From Pirellulales bacterium (lineage in GTDB: Bacteria > Planctomycetota > Planctomycetia > Pirellulales > PALSA-1355), in assembly GCA_963733035.1 (NCBI GenBank), contig CAVTBU010000004.1, forward strand, positions 128,001 to 192,000: DNA of 64,000 nt, written 5' to 3'. The notes under the pieces were generated by a model. It ran no database searches. It was not told where the DNA came from and saw only the letters and a list, made by a program, of their open reading frames with translations. The translations under genes were made by a program, and so were the position numbers. The first letter of the stretch is position 1, and each line of letters opens with the position of its first letter. Below are positions 1-11,100 of this stretch, in pieces.

Positions 1-1
1 C

Positions 2-229
2 TTCACCACCTGGCTGGCCGGTGGCGGCGTGAAAGGGGGCGTGCACCACGGCGCCACCGACGAGATCGGCCACAAAGCCGTGGTCGACCGCGTGAGCATC
101 AACGACCTCCACGCCACGATCCTGCACTTGCTGGGGATGAATCACGAAAAGCTAACCTACCGCTACAACGGCCGCGATTTCCGCCTGACCGACGTGGCAG
201 GATCCGTGGTTCGGGAAGTGTTGGCGTAA
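2..229 (+). CDS. DUF1501 domain protein, C-terminal part (5' end outside window)
   Basis: [46 protein letters not shown]; closely parallels the C-terminus of the paralog at 11233-12684. Confidence 0.85.
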   Translation, partial: FTTWLAGGGVKGGVHHGATDEIGHKAVVDRVSINDLHATILHLLGMNHEKLTYRYNGRDFRLTDVAGSVVREVLA

Positions 230-242
230 AGACCGCGCGAGT

Positions 243-1964
243 TCACCGTTTTACCGCCACCGACTCGACCAAGCAGCCTGCCCGGTCGGGCGTTTCCGCC
301 CCCGAGCGAATTCGCAAATACGACACGCCACCAAACGCATCGCCGTGCTGCGGCAACGTAAACTCGCGTTTACCGTCAATCGACACCTGGCAGCTGCGGT
401 TCGACAAGTCCCACTGAAACGACAGCGTCGACCACACGCCCGTTTCGAGGCTCGACTCCTCGGTCAACTTCCCGCTGGCAGGAATCTGCAGCCGAAACAC
501 CGCATCGGACTCGCCTCGATCATCGGCGGGATTGAAGAAGCGGTCGTTCAGGCAAAGGTCGACCCCTGCAAATCCGCTCTTGGGGAAAATACGCACATCG
601 AGCCGGCCCTGGTCGCATCCGGCAAAGTTCCAACTCGCGCAGTCCGGATCTTTCTCGTCGGGCCTGCGGACGTGCAACACCGACGCGCCGGGCTTGGTGG
701 GGTGATCAATCAACTGGGCTCCGACGCAGCGGTCGCGCCAGAACCCCGATGCCGGACCAAACGGTTTCCAGACGTGCCAATTGACGAGTCCTGCCGAGAA
801 ATCGTCCGTTTGTTCCATTTCGGTCAGCCAATCGGGATCCAACAAGATCGTTGTCCTGCGATTTCCCTGGCCGGTGACGAGCACAATCTGGCCCGACTTT
901 CCGACGGTGATCTGCGGATAAGCCGTGCCGCGATCTCCTTGATGGGGCGGAGAGTCGTTGCGATAGGGGTCGCGATACACTTCGCGGAATCCCTGCCACG
1001 AGCGGCCCTCATCGGCGGAAACGGCCGCGTGGAGTGCGTCGCGGCCGCCATAGACGCCTGCGCCCTGATAGCGAGGCGGCATTTCGCAATTGTTCCAGCA
1101 GACGATGATCCGCCCGTCCCCCAGACGATCAAGCGCCGCCGGCGCGGTCGATGCGTGAAATGGCGCAGGTCTGGCCGCGATCCAGTTGACCCCGTTATCA
1201 GAATGCGATTCGTAGAGGAATCCGGTTTGCGATCGCATCAGCATCCATAGCCGTCCGTCGTTTAACTGCAACAGGGTGGGCTCGATGGCGCCGTAATTGT
1301 TGCCGTTGTATCCTTGCTTGCACGGTGCGGTCAACTTGACCGGAGACAAGCGCCACGATTCGCCCCGGTCATCGGAATAGACAACGGTCGTGTAGTTCAA
1401 ACCGGTGTTCGGGGCCACCGGTTCGCCCGGCTTTTTCCAGGCCGCAAACGGGACAATGATTCGCCCACTGCGCAGCTGCTTGACGTCCATCACGGCGCCG
1501 CAATACCCCTCCCAGATGCGCCGCGGCTCGGTCCAGTCTCGGCGCTGGTCGGTGGTTCGGCAATGCCACAAGTCAATGAACATCCCTTCCGCCGGTTTCC
1601 CTTTTCCGCGCGCGTGGGTCAGGATCAGGTGGATCTCCCCATCCGCGTCGAGCAATCCGAGCCCGCTGCCCATGCGGCCGTCGGCCAGCGTGAACTCAAC
1701 CCGCGGCGAGCTCCAGGTGCGGCCTCCATCGGTCGAGCTGACGGAAACAAGCTCCCCGCTCGAAGCCTGAAACGCCCGCAACGTGCCATCCGGCATGGCC
1801 ACCGGTCGCGTCGTCGGACCGGCGGGAACCCGTTCCAACCCGGGCGATTGGGCCCAAACGGCCGTCGCCAACTGGAAAACGGTGAGCCACATCACGCCAC
1901 GAAAGAGAAACCTCGAAATGTCATCGACTCGGTTGCCCAAGCGCGACGCGGAATTAACGATCAT
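243..1964 (-). CDS. Secreted sialidase-family / BNR (Asp-box) repeat glycoside hydrolase with C-terminal beta-sandwich
   Basis: Asp-boxes SSTDGGRTW, YSDDRGESW, HSDNGVNW, SADEGRSW; EPTLLQL and AYP motifs; signal-peptide-like N-terminus; start uncertain. Confidence 0.75.
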   Translation of the reverse strand: MIVNSASRLGNRVDDISRFLFRGVMWLTVFQLATAVWAQSPGLERVPAGPTTRPVAMPDGTLRAFQASSGELVSVSSTDGGRTWSSPRVEFTLADGRMGSGLGLLDADGEIHLILTHARGKGKPAEGMFIDLWHCRTTDQRRDWTEPRRIWEGYCGAVMDVKQLRSGRIIVPFAAWKKPGEPVAPNTGLNYTTVVYSDDRGESWRLSPVKLTAPCKQGYNGNNYGAIEPTLLQLNDGRLWMLMRSQTGFLYESHSDNGVNWIAARPAPFHASTAPAALDRLGDGRIIVCWNNCEMPPRYQGAGVYGGRDALHAAVSADEGRSWQGFREVYRDPYRNDSPPHQGDRGTAYPQITVGKSGQIVLVTGQGNRRTTILLDPDWLTEMEQTDDFSAGLVNWHVWKPFGPASGFWRDRCVGAQLIDHPTKPGASVLHVRRPDEKDPDCASWNFAGCDQGRLDVRIFPKSGFAGVDLCLNDRFFNPADDRGESDAVFRLQIPASGKLTEESSLETGVWSTLSFQWDLSNRSCQVSIDGKREFTLPQHGDAFGGVSYLRIRSGAETPDRAGCLVESVAVKR

Positions 1965-2027
1965 TGACTTTCCTCATGCCGCCGGCCGATACACTTTCGT
2001 CCGCAAGCGCTGGCGTCGCTTGACCGC

Positions 2028-3350
2028 TCATTTTGCCTTCGCTTGCGCGTCGTCCTTCGGCAGGACCGCGTCGAGCAGCTTTTGCGTCGTGCGCTGTCCG
2101 TAGCCCAGCCAGGCTTGCTCCAGCCCATTGCGGGACTTGCTTTGCAGGGTTTTGAGGGCCAGCAGCTTGGCTTCTAGCGCCTCGCGGCTATTGGGTTCGT
2201 TAGCCAGTGCGGCGTCGGCCAGGCGGAGGCCCCGCACCGCGTCACCTGCCTCGGTCACCTCGCGGGATTTGGCGGCCACCACGTCGGCTCCGCCGGCGAG
2301 TTGCACGAGGTCGGCATCAGCCGCGTTGGGCGAGCGGGCATACATCGTCGCAGGATCCCGGTCGAACCAGCCGACGTAGCCGTCGTAGATACCACGCACC
2401 GACCAGGATACCTTTCCGTAGTCCTCGCCCACGTCGAGTTCGGCTGGCAGCTTCACTTCGCGCATCAGTGTGTAGACGTCTTTCCCCTCGTTCATTCCCT
2501 TGACGGTTTCGTCGTGCACGTACTGGATCGCGTCGCGGTATTTCGTCAGCCGCGCCACGACCTTGTCGTGGCCCTGGATTGGCAGGCCGTGACTGGGCAT
2601 GACCAACTCGGGCTTGAGCGACAGGACCTTGTTGAGCGAGGCGATGTATTCGAGTGGCCAGCGGGGTTGCGTCCCGCGAAGGGTATAAATGTTCGGGAAC
2701 GAATCGTAAATGTTGTCGCCCACGAAGGCGGCCTTATATTTCGGAATCCAAACCGTCAGAGCATCAGGGGTTTCTCCGGGCGTGTGGAAGATCTTGAATT
2801 TCAAACCGCCCAGCTCGAATTCGTAGTGATCGTCAAATGTGATCGTCGGTTCAACCTGCTGCGTGGGCGAGTCGGCCAGGGCTTGAACCCGCGAGAGGTC
2901 GAAATTGAACTGGGCGGCGCTGCTCCGGCTCAGATACCCCTTGATCCGGTCTTGGTAGGCCCGAAACGCCGGGAAGTTTTGTTGGGTAATGATTTGGGTG
3001 CCGGGCTGCTTCCACAGGTACACGCCGCCCGTGTGGTCGCCGTGGCCGTGCGTGAGGATGATGTATTTGATCGGCCCATCGCTGATCTTTCGCAGCATCT
3101 CGTGATGTTTGGTCGCCGTCGTCACCAGCGAGGTGTCGATGACGACATTCCCCTCGGGCGTGATCACCAGAAACGTGTTGCCGAAACCGACCGCCTGGTA
3201 AATGGCCTCGTTGATCTTGATCGGCTCTTTCAGATCTCGGCCGGCTTGCGTGAAGTCGACTGTCTGTCCCACCGCGACCGCTACCAGCACCAGCGCGGCA
3301 AACCATCCGGCGAGAACCTGCCTGATAAAGAATTTCTCACGAGCGGGCAT
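2028..3350 (-). CDS. Secreted metallo-beta-lactamase-fold alkyl/aryl sulfatase-like hydrolase (SdsA/BDS1 type, with dimerisation domain)
   Basis: THGHGDHTGG metal motif, PGETPD, FPNIYTLRG, EDYGKVSWSVRGIYDGYVGWFD; signal peptide after ATG 3350. Confidence 0.8.
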   Translation of the reverse strand: MPAREKFFIRQVLAGWFAALVLVAVAVGQTVDFTQAGRDLKEPIKINEAIYQAVGFGNTFLVITPEGNVVIDTSLVTTATKHHEMLRKISDGPIKYIILTHGHGDHTGGVYLWKQPGTQIITQQNFPAFRAYQDRIKGYLSRSSAAQFNFDLSRVQALADSPTQQVEPTITFDDHYEFELGGLKFKIFHTPGETPDALTVWIPKYKAAFVGDNIYDSFPNIYTLRGTQPRWPLEYIASLNKVLSLKPELVMPSHGLPIQGHDKVVARLTKYRDAIQYVHDETVKGMNEGKDVYTLMREVKLPAELDVGEDYGKVSWSVRGIYDGYVGWFDRDPATMYARSPNAADADLVQLAGGADVVAAKSREVTEAGDAVRGLRLADAALANEPNSREALEAKLLALKTLQSKSRNGLEQAWLGYGQRTTQKLLDAVLPKDDAQAKAK

Positions 3351-3473
3351 GTTGCACTCCGTTTCTGATTCGTAAGATAAGGCCAACCGAGAGCGCGGCA
3401 ATGGCCGCCGCCGCTGTCGGTGAAATTGCGATTCCTTCTACGCGCCACTATAACACGCCCGGCCTCGCGCATC

Positions 3474-4604
3474 ATGATGATCAACCGCTTGGAACCCCTG
3501 TTGGCCGGCACCGTGCTGGCAGCTTTTTTGGCGGTCGCCCTGGCCGACCTTCGCAACGGCACTCCCTGGACAATCGAAACGGTGGCCGGAAACGGCCAGA
3601 GTGGTGATTTGCCCAGCGGCATTGGGCCGGGTGTGAAGCGGCCCGTCGATCAACCGTTCGGTGTCGAATGCGGGCCCGACGGGGCGCTGTACATCACGTC
3701 CGTCGGACAACATCGGGTGTTAAGGCTGGACACGAAAAGCGGGGAACTTTCCAGCGTCGCCGGTAGCGGCAAGGCCGGCTATGGCGGCGACGGCGGTCCC
3801 GCCACCGATGCATTGCTCAATGAACCGTACGAAGTTCGCTTCGATTCGGCCGGCCATTACATGTACTTCGTGGAGATGAAAAATCACTTGATCCGCCGCG
3901 TCGACCTGCACACCGGCATCATCTCAACCGTCGCTGGCAGCCCGCAACCGGGTTACTCGGGCGACGATGGGCCGGCCAGTGAAGCCCGCTTTCGTCAGCC
4001 GCATAGCATCGCGCTGGACGACCAGGGGCAACTTTACGTGGCCGACATCGGCAACCATCGGATTCGCTCCATCGATCTGGCCACAGGCACGATCCGCACG
4101 ATCGCGGGCACGGGTGAAACGGAGCTGCCCCAGGACGGCGCCTGCGCGGCTGGCAGTCCGATATTCGGTCCCCGCGCCTTGCATGTGGTGGGCCGCAGCA
4201 TGTGGATTGCCCTCCGCGAAGGAAACAGCATTTGGCGGCTCGATCTCGACTCGGGGATCCTGCGCCACGTGGCCGGCACGGGCAAATCCGGCTACTCGGG
4301 CGATGGTGGCCCACCGTTGGCTGCCACCTTCAATGGTCCAAAAGGCATCGCCGCCACCGATGACGACATACTCTATGTCGTCGATACGGAGAATCAGGTC
4401 ATTCGGCGAATCGACACACGGAACCAATTCATTGAGACGATTGCCGGCGGCGGTCCCGATTCACGAGGATTCGCTGTCGACCGCGGTCCGGCGCTCCGCG
4501 CGAAACTCGACCGGCCGCATGGCATCGGGCTGGCCCCCGATGGAAGCTTGTACATCGGCGATACGAACAATCACCGCGTGCGGTGGCTGAATCGAGCGAA
4601 GTAG
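3474..4604 (+). CDS. NHL-repeat beta-propeller protein (secreted)
   Basis: Repeated TVAG.G..GYSGDGGPA..A....P.GIA units and LYIADxxNHRIR; N-terminal hydrophobic segment. Confidence 0.85.
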   Translation: MMINRLEPLLAGTVLAAFLAVALADLRNGTPWTIETVAGNGQSGDLPSGIGPGVKRPVDQPFGVECGPDGALYITSVGQHRVLRLDTKSGELSSVAGSGKAGYGGDGGPATDALLNEPYEVRFDSAGHYMYFVEMKNHLIRRVDLHTGIISTVAGSPQPGYSGDDGPASEARFRQPHSIALDDQGQLYVADIGNHRIRSIDLATGTIRTIAGTGETELPQDGACAAGSPIFGPRALHVVGRSMWIALREGNSIWRLDLDSGILRHVAGTGKSGYSGDGGPPLAATFNGPKGIAATDDDILYVVDTENQVIRRIDTRNQFIETIAGGGPDSRGFAVDRGPALRAKLDRPHGIGLAPDGSLYIGDTNNHRVRWLNRAK

Positions 4605-4621
4605 GACCGACGCCTGCGTCG

Positions 4622-5869
4622 CTACTTTTTCTCGATGCGGTAGAGCGCCTGCTTCGTGCGCAGGTAGATCGCTTTGCCGTACACGGCCGGCGAAGCCATG
4701 CACCCGGCGTCGAGCGTGTTGGTGGCCAGAAGCTCGTAGTCGCGCGAAGCGGCGACGACGAAGGTCTGCCCCTCGTGATTGCTGAAGTAGATGCGCCCCT
4801 CGGCGCAGATGGGCGAAGCAGAGAATTCGCCTTCCAGCCGCTTGTTCCACACACGCTCGCCCGTCATGGCGTCCAGACAGGTGACCACTCCGTTGTCGGC
4901 CACCATGAAAATCAGATCGTCCACCAAAACCGTCGACGAACGAGTGGGCACGCCCTGGCTGGTTTTCCACACGACGTTCGTTTTCGTCAGGTCGCCGGTC
5001 CCCCCCGGCCGCATGGCAAACAGCCGAAACCCTCCGGCCGCCGTGTTCAGATACAAAAGGCCGTGCCCCAGCAGCGGCGGATTGCAGGCGTTCATGCCGC
5101 CGTGGTTGATTCGCCAAATTTCCGCGCCGGTTTCGGGCACATAGGCAATCGTGGCCCCCGCACTGGGATAGACGAGCTCTTGAATGCCGTCGACTTCGAT
5201 GACCTTGGCAGTGCCATAGCCTTTCTTCATGTCGCCATTTTCGGTGCCATATTCGATATTGCGGTCGCGCTTCCAGACGGTCTGGCCGGTTCGCTTGTCA
5301 AACGCCACGACGTACTGGTAGTCGTAGCCGTCGTAGGCCACGACAAGAAGATTGCCATAGAGGATCGGAGAAGAAGCCGGGCCGCGAAAGTGATTGCACT
5401 TGAGGTCCTGGCGAGTCCACAGAACCTGGCCACTGCCGGTGTCGAGACAAGCCGTGCCGTGCGCTCCAAAGTGGACGTAGACGCGGCCGGCTTCGATCGC
5501 CGGGGTGCAAGAGCCGTAGCTGTTGAGCGAGTAGCAGAACTGCGGCTCCGCGATGTCGAAGACCTTGATATCGTGGACGATCTTGCCGCTATTGCGATCA
5601 ACGCAAACCGCGAACAGCTCTTTGCCGTCCTCGGTGGCCGTGGTCATCCACACCTGGTCCTCCCAAATCACAGGCGACGACCAGGCGCGGCCATGAATCG
5701 GAGTTTTCCAGGCGATGTTCTCGGTCTCGCTCCAAGTGACGGGCAGGCCGGTTTCCGCAGTCAGCCCATCCCCCCGCGGACCGCGAAACTGCGTCCAGTT
5801 TTCGGCCGAGAAAGCAACCGATGCGGCAAACGAACAGGCGAGGCAAAGAACAAACGCGACGCGTGGCAT
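4622..5869 (-). CDS. PQQ-binding-like (BamB-like) beta-propeller protein
   Basis: Signal peptide then ENWTQFRGP.GDG, WSSPVI, ASSPIL, FSASPI, ASPAV; typical planctomycete expanded family. Confidence 0.85.
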   Translation of the reverse strand: MPRVAFVLCLACSFAASVAFSAENWTQFRGPRGDGLTAETGLPVTWSETENIAWKTPIHGRAWSSPVIWEDQVWMTTATEDGKELFAVCVDRNSGKIVHDIKVFDIAEPQFCYSLNSYGSCTPAIEAGRVYVHFGAHGTACLDTGSGQVLWTRQDLKCNHFRGPASSPILYGNLLVVAYDGYDYQYVVAFDKRTGQTVWKRDRNIEYGTENGDMKKGYGTAKVIEVDGIQELVYPSAGATIAYVPETGAEIWRINHGGMNACNPPLLGHGLLYLNTAAGGFRLFAMRPGGTGDLTKTNVVWKTSQGVPTRSSTVLVDDLIFMVADNGVVTCLDAMTGERVWNKRLEGEFSASPICAEGRIYFSNHEGQTFVVAASRDYELLATNTLDAGCMASPAVYGKAIYLRTKQALYRIEKK

Positions 5870-5990
5870 GGGAAGGTCCGCTAGGGTCGGTGGGGCAATT
5901 GGCGAGGCATCGGCCGTCTATTGTAACCGGAGAGATTGCCGGCCGCATCCTGGGGCCGCGACAAGCTACGAATCGCTTTGCGCAGGCAAG

Positions 5991-6976
5991 CTACCGTTCG
6001 AATGCTGGTCTGACTTCGCGGTTGACGACCGACGATTCCGGCCAGCGGCCGGCCAGCAGATCGATGACGCATTGGGCCGCCCCCGTCGCCATATCCTCGC
6101 GAGCCTGCGTATCGAACGACGCCACGTGCGGCGTGATGACGACATTGTCGAGCGACAACAGCGGATGGTCGGCCGGCGGCGGTTCGGTTTTCAAGACGTC
6201 GAGCCCGGCGCCGGCCAGGTGTCCGCACTTGAGCGCGTCGTATAGATCCGGCTCCTTGACCAGACCGCCGCGCGCGGTGTTGATCAGGACGCTGCCCGGC
6301 TTCATCAGCGCCAGCGTACGGGCATTGACAAGATCGTGCGTCTCGGGCGTGCTCGGCGCATGCAGCGTCACGAAGTCGGACTGCCGCAGAAGTGTTTCCA
6401 GGTCGACTAGTTCGATTCCACCCGCGCGGCGGCATCGCGGTCCGGATATTGATCGAACGCGACGACCCGCATCCCAAAGGCTTTGGCCCGCGCGGCCACG
6501 CTGCGGCCGATTCTCCCCAGGCCGACGATGCCCAGCGTCGAGCCGCGCAGCGGAATGAAGGCCATTTGCCGCCGCCAGTTACCTGCTTTAGTGTCCACCG
6601 CTCGAGTTACGATTTGCCTCGCTACTGTCAGCATCAGCGCCAGGGCGTGTTCGGCCACAGCCTCGTAGTTGCCTTCAGGCGTAATCGTGACGGCGATGTT
6701 GCGCCGCGTGGCGGCGGGCACGTCGATTTGATCGTAGCCAACACCGTTGCGGGCAATCACGCGCAGACGCGGCAGTTCGCCCAGCACGCGATGCGTATAA
6801 GGCTCGCTGCCCGCCAAAACGGCGTCCATGTCGGCGACCTCGGCGATCGTGTCCGCTTCGGCCCGCATCACGGCCTTCGACGGATACCGGTACTCGTGGC
6901 CCGCGGCGCGCAGCATTTCGAGATGCGGCCCGGGCAGATCGCGAATCGCCTCGGCGGTAATCAGAATGCGTGCCAT
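5991..6976 (-). CDS. D-isomer-specific 2-hydroxyacid dehydrogenase (SerA-like); frameshifted near 6420
   Basis: ARNGVGYDQID, AVAEH and GIVGLGRIG in ORF 6407-6976; continues in another frame as GIELVDLETLLRQSDFVTLHAP, INTARGGLV, GAGLDV..EP, ITPHVA. Confidence 0.85.
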
Positions 6977-7009
6977 GTCGCCCAGCTTATAGGCCGCACG
7001 GCGAGGATG

Positions 7010-7724
7010 CTAGGGGCGAGCGGTTAGGCGCCGCCGTCGCCGTCCCCAAATCGACAGAACTGCCACTCCGCATGCCGCCAACAGAACTGAGGAAGGCTCG
7101 GGCACGACGGTAATGCTGTTGACGACAACGGCATAGTCGAGGGGGTTCGGTGCTCCATTGGTGTAGTTGATCAGCGGCAGGTTGGTAAACGCACCGTTGA
7201 AATTGAACGTCTGCACCGCCGCGATCGCATCGACCACGTCCATGCCGTTGCCGAGTACGTGTCCAAAAACGGCGTAACCATCGGGGCTGAAGCCGCCAGG
7301 AGCCAGACCGGCCGAATTGTCGACGGTGTTGATGAACCACTGAGTCGTCGCCGTATCAGGAGCTGACATACGAGCCATGGCAATCGTGCCACGCTCGTTG
7401 GGCAACGAATACTCCAGCGGAATCGTTCCGTGGTTTGGAATGGGCGTCGCGTCCGCGGCGTGGAAACCGCCCCCCTGGATCACAAAGCCTGGTATCGAAC
7501 GGTGGACGAGAGTGTCGACAAAGTATCCGGAATTGAGGTTGTCCAAAAAGTTGGCGACCGTGATCGGGGCCACCGAATCGTAGAGTTCGACGTCGAATGT
7601 GCCCAGGTTCGTGTCGAATTGAACGATCGTGTTCGCGCGCCGGCCGTGTCATGGCAAACACGACGACGAAACTCGATAACATTACAACCAACCTGCTTGA
7701 GCGGAACGCTTGTTTTTGCTTCAT
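7010..7724 (-). CDS. Cyclophilin-type peptidyl-prolyl isomerase with signal peptide and C-terminal PEP-CTERM sorting signal; frameshifted near 7637
   Basis: NTIVQFDTNLGTFDVELYDSVAPITVANFL, HRSIPGFVIQGGG, NERGTIAMAR; C-terminus VPEPSS + hydrophobic helix + RRRRR; signal peptide MKQKQAFRSSRLVVML.. lies in an upstream frame. Confidence 0.85.
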
Positions 7725-8132
7725 GAATCTCGTTTCGGCCTCGATGATGTGGTATCTGGATTGGCAACTTTTGTCACGCACGGAACAACCCGACCTGGCG
7801 ACAACGATTCCCTGCCATCGATCGGGGAGAGAGCGAATGTGGCCGGCAAAGTGTGCCGGCCTAGCGAATCAACAGAAGCGTCTGCGCCTGGCGATCGCGG
7901 TCGCTCGAATTAGAAGATGCCGCGGGCTTGCCTGCTCACGGCCGGTCTGTCACTGGCAAATCCCAACATCCGGTCGCCAGCACAACGGCGGCCACCGGAG
8001 CAAGCGTTGCGATGGAACCCATCGTGGAGAGTTTTCCGATGCAGCTATACTAATTGACGCGCCGCAGATTTGCCAACATTTTCTTGGAATGGAGCTCGCG
8101 CCGCGTCGAGCTCTGTAACTCGCTGCGGGCCT

Positions 8133-8141
8133 TGCTATAAT
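8133..8141 (+). promoter_or_regulatory. Extended -10 promoter element (TGnTATAAT) upstream of the DUF1549/DUF1553-DUF1501 pair
   Basis: TGCTATAAT 44-52 bp upstream of ATG 8185. Confidence 0.55.
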
Positions 8142-8184
8142 CGCGAATACCTCAGCGCTGCCCACCTCAATTACAAGTAGCTCG

Positions 8185-11100
8185 ATGGCATTTCGTCCAA
8201 GGCTGTGCGACCGTCCTTTTACTGACGCAACCAGGTTGCTGTGGTCCCTATGCCTGGCTTGCTCGCTGGCTTCCGCGCAGGCCGCCGATTTTCAAGATCA
8301 AATCGCGCCGATCTTCGAGCGACACTGCGTCGGCTGCCACTCCGGCGCGGAGCCGAAGGGAGGGCTCGACCTGACGACTGGGTCCAGGGCATTTGCTGGC
8401 GGAGAAAGCGGCGAACTGCTCGCGCCCGGCAAGCCCGCTAATAGCCTCCTGCTGGATTACATCTCCGGCGAATCGCCCGAGATGCCCAAGGATGCTCTGC
8501 CGCTTGCGGCTAAGCAGGTCGAGGCTATTCGGCAATGGATCGCCGCTGGTGCTCCCTGGCCAGAGGATGTCGTACTCACCGACAAGAAAGCGATCGACAC
8601 CAACTGGTGGTCGTTATTGTCGTGGCAGGCCATACATGTGCCGCAGGGCGACGATCCCTGGATTCGCACGCCGGTCGATGCCTTCATTCTGGCAAAGTTG
8701 CGGGAGCAGAAGCTGTCGCCCAGCGCCGCGGCCGATCGGCGGACGCTCATTCGCCGCTTGACGTACGACCTGCACGGTCTGCCCCCCACGCCGGAGGAGA
8801 TCGACGCTTTCATCGCCGACACGCGCGAAGGTGCCTATGGCCGACTGGTCGATCGGCTGCTCGCTTCGCCGCGGTATGGCGAACGCTGGGGCCGGCACTG
8901 GCTCGACATCGTGCACTACGGTGAGTCGCATGGGTACGACAAGGACAAGCCGCGGCCAAACGCCTGGCCCTATCGCGACTATGTGATCGAAAGCCTGAAC
9001 CAGGACAAGCCCTACGATCGCTTTGTGGCCGAGCAGATCGCCGGCGACGTGCTGTTTTCGACCGATCCGGCGGCCACGGTCGCCACCGGCTTCATTGTGG
9101 CCGGGCCTTGGGATTTCGTAGGTCACGTCGAACTACGCGAAGGCACCGCCGACAAGGACATCGCCCGCTCGAACGACCGCGACGACATGGTCGCCAATGC
9201 CATGTCGACGTTCGTGAGTCTCACCGTCCACTGCGCACGTTGCCACAATCACAAGTTCGATCCGATCCTGCAAAAGGACTACTATGCGCTACAAGCAGTA
9301 TTCGCCGGCGTCGATCGGGCCGATCGCAAGTACGATGCCGATCCCGTAGTGGGCGGCCGTCGGCTGGCGCTTGCAAACGAGAAGCGGCAACTCGAACAAC
9401 AGCTCGGCCGTATCCAACAGCGGATGAAAGAGGTGACCAGCCCAGAGATCGCGGGCGTCGATGTGCGAATCAAAATCTGGCAGGCTGAGCTAGCCGCCTT
9501 GCCGAAATCCCAGCCGAGCCAGACGCTTGGCTACCACAGCCAGATCATGCCCATGCAGCAAGTCGTGAAGTGGGTGCAGGTGGATCTGGGAAAACGACAG
9601 ACGCTGGACGAAATCGTGCTGGTGCCGGCGCATGTTGTGTACGGCGGCCACCCGGGCCCCGGCTTTGGCTTTCCACCCCGCTACAAGGTCGAGGTTTCCG
9701 ACGATCCCGAATTTACAACCAGTCGGATCCTGGTCGACCACACGGCGGCTGATGTTCCGCATCCTGGAGACACCTGGCAGCATATCCCCGCCGTGGGCGC
9801 CGCGGGCCGCTACGTTCGCGTCACGGCCACGAAGCTCTGGAAACGAACCGACGATTGGATTTTCGCCCTCGGCGAACTGATCGCGCTGTCGGGCGGCCAA
9901 AACGTCGCGTTCGGCCGACCCGTGACCGGGCTCGACTCGATCGAGGCCGCGCCCAGCTGGGCCGCCAAAAATCTCGTCGACGGCTTTAGCAGTTTGGAAA
10001 AGATCGCCTCGGAGGAGGGGCTGCCGCTACGCCGCGAAGAACTCGAGAAGCATTTGCAAGAGGCCGGCGAACTCCGCGAGCGGCTCGTCCGTCAGCAACT
10101 CGACGACGTCACACGGAGCCAGCTCACCCTATTCGAAAAGCTGCTGCCGGACGTAGAGTCGGCCTTGGCGGCGCTCCCTGCGCAACAGGTCGTCTATGCC
10201 GCAACGCATGAGTTCGACTCGCAGGGAAGCTTTCGGCCGGCACCCGAACCACGGCCCGTGCATCTGCTGGCCCGCGGCGACGTGCGAAGTCCGCAAGAAC
10301 TGGTGGCCCCCGGAGCCGTAGCCTGCGTGCAAGGGCCCGATGCGAACTTCCCCCTTGAAGCTCCACAAAACGAAGGTGCTCGCCGCGCCGCGCTGGCACA
10401 GTGGTTGGTTGACCCGCGAAACGCCCTCATGCGGCGGTCGATCGTCAATCGGGTGTGGCAGTATCACTTCGGCCGCGGACTGGTCGACTCGCCCAACGAC
10501 TTCGGTCGCATGGGTTCGCTGCCGACTCATCCCGAACTACTCGAATGGCTGGCCCGCTGGTTTGCCGATCACGGGCATTCACTCAAACAGCTGCATCGCC
10601 TGCTGCTGACCAGCGCCGTCTACCAGCAAAGTTCCGCGTCGAATCCCGAGTATCAACGCTTGGACGCGGGCAATCGCTACCTATGGCGGATGAACCGCAC
10701 CCGGCTCGACGCGGAATGCGTGCGCGACGCAATGCTCTACGTCACCGGTCGGCTCGATCTGGCCATGGGCGGACCGAGCGTGCAGCAGTTCTACTTCAAG
10801 GACGACCACTCGCCAGTCTACGATTACACACGGTTCGACGTGGACGATCCGCGCAGTCTGCGTCGCAGCGTGTATCGTTTTCTCGTGAGGAGCGTCCCCG
10901 ATCCGTTCATGGATTGCCTCGATTGTGCGGACCCGTCGATCATGACCCCCAAGCGGAACACGACGCTAACGTCCATTCAGGCTTTGGCAATTCTAAACAA
11001 TCCGTTGGTCGTCCGCCAGGCGGAACATTTTGCCGAGCGTCTCAGGACCCTGCATGTTGCTCCTTCGGCGCAGATCGAGGAGGCCTACCGCCTGGCACTG

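Noticed and set aside
7840..7861. Sigma54 promoter for the PEP-CTERM gene (CGGCAC..TTGC on minus strand)
   Set aside because: GG-to-GC spacing is 8 nt rather than 10. The sequence is better explained as the hairpin GGCCGGCA-AAGTG-TGCCGGCC.
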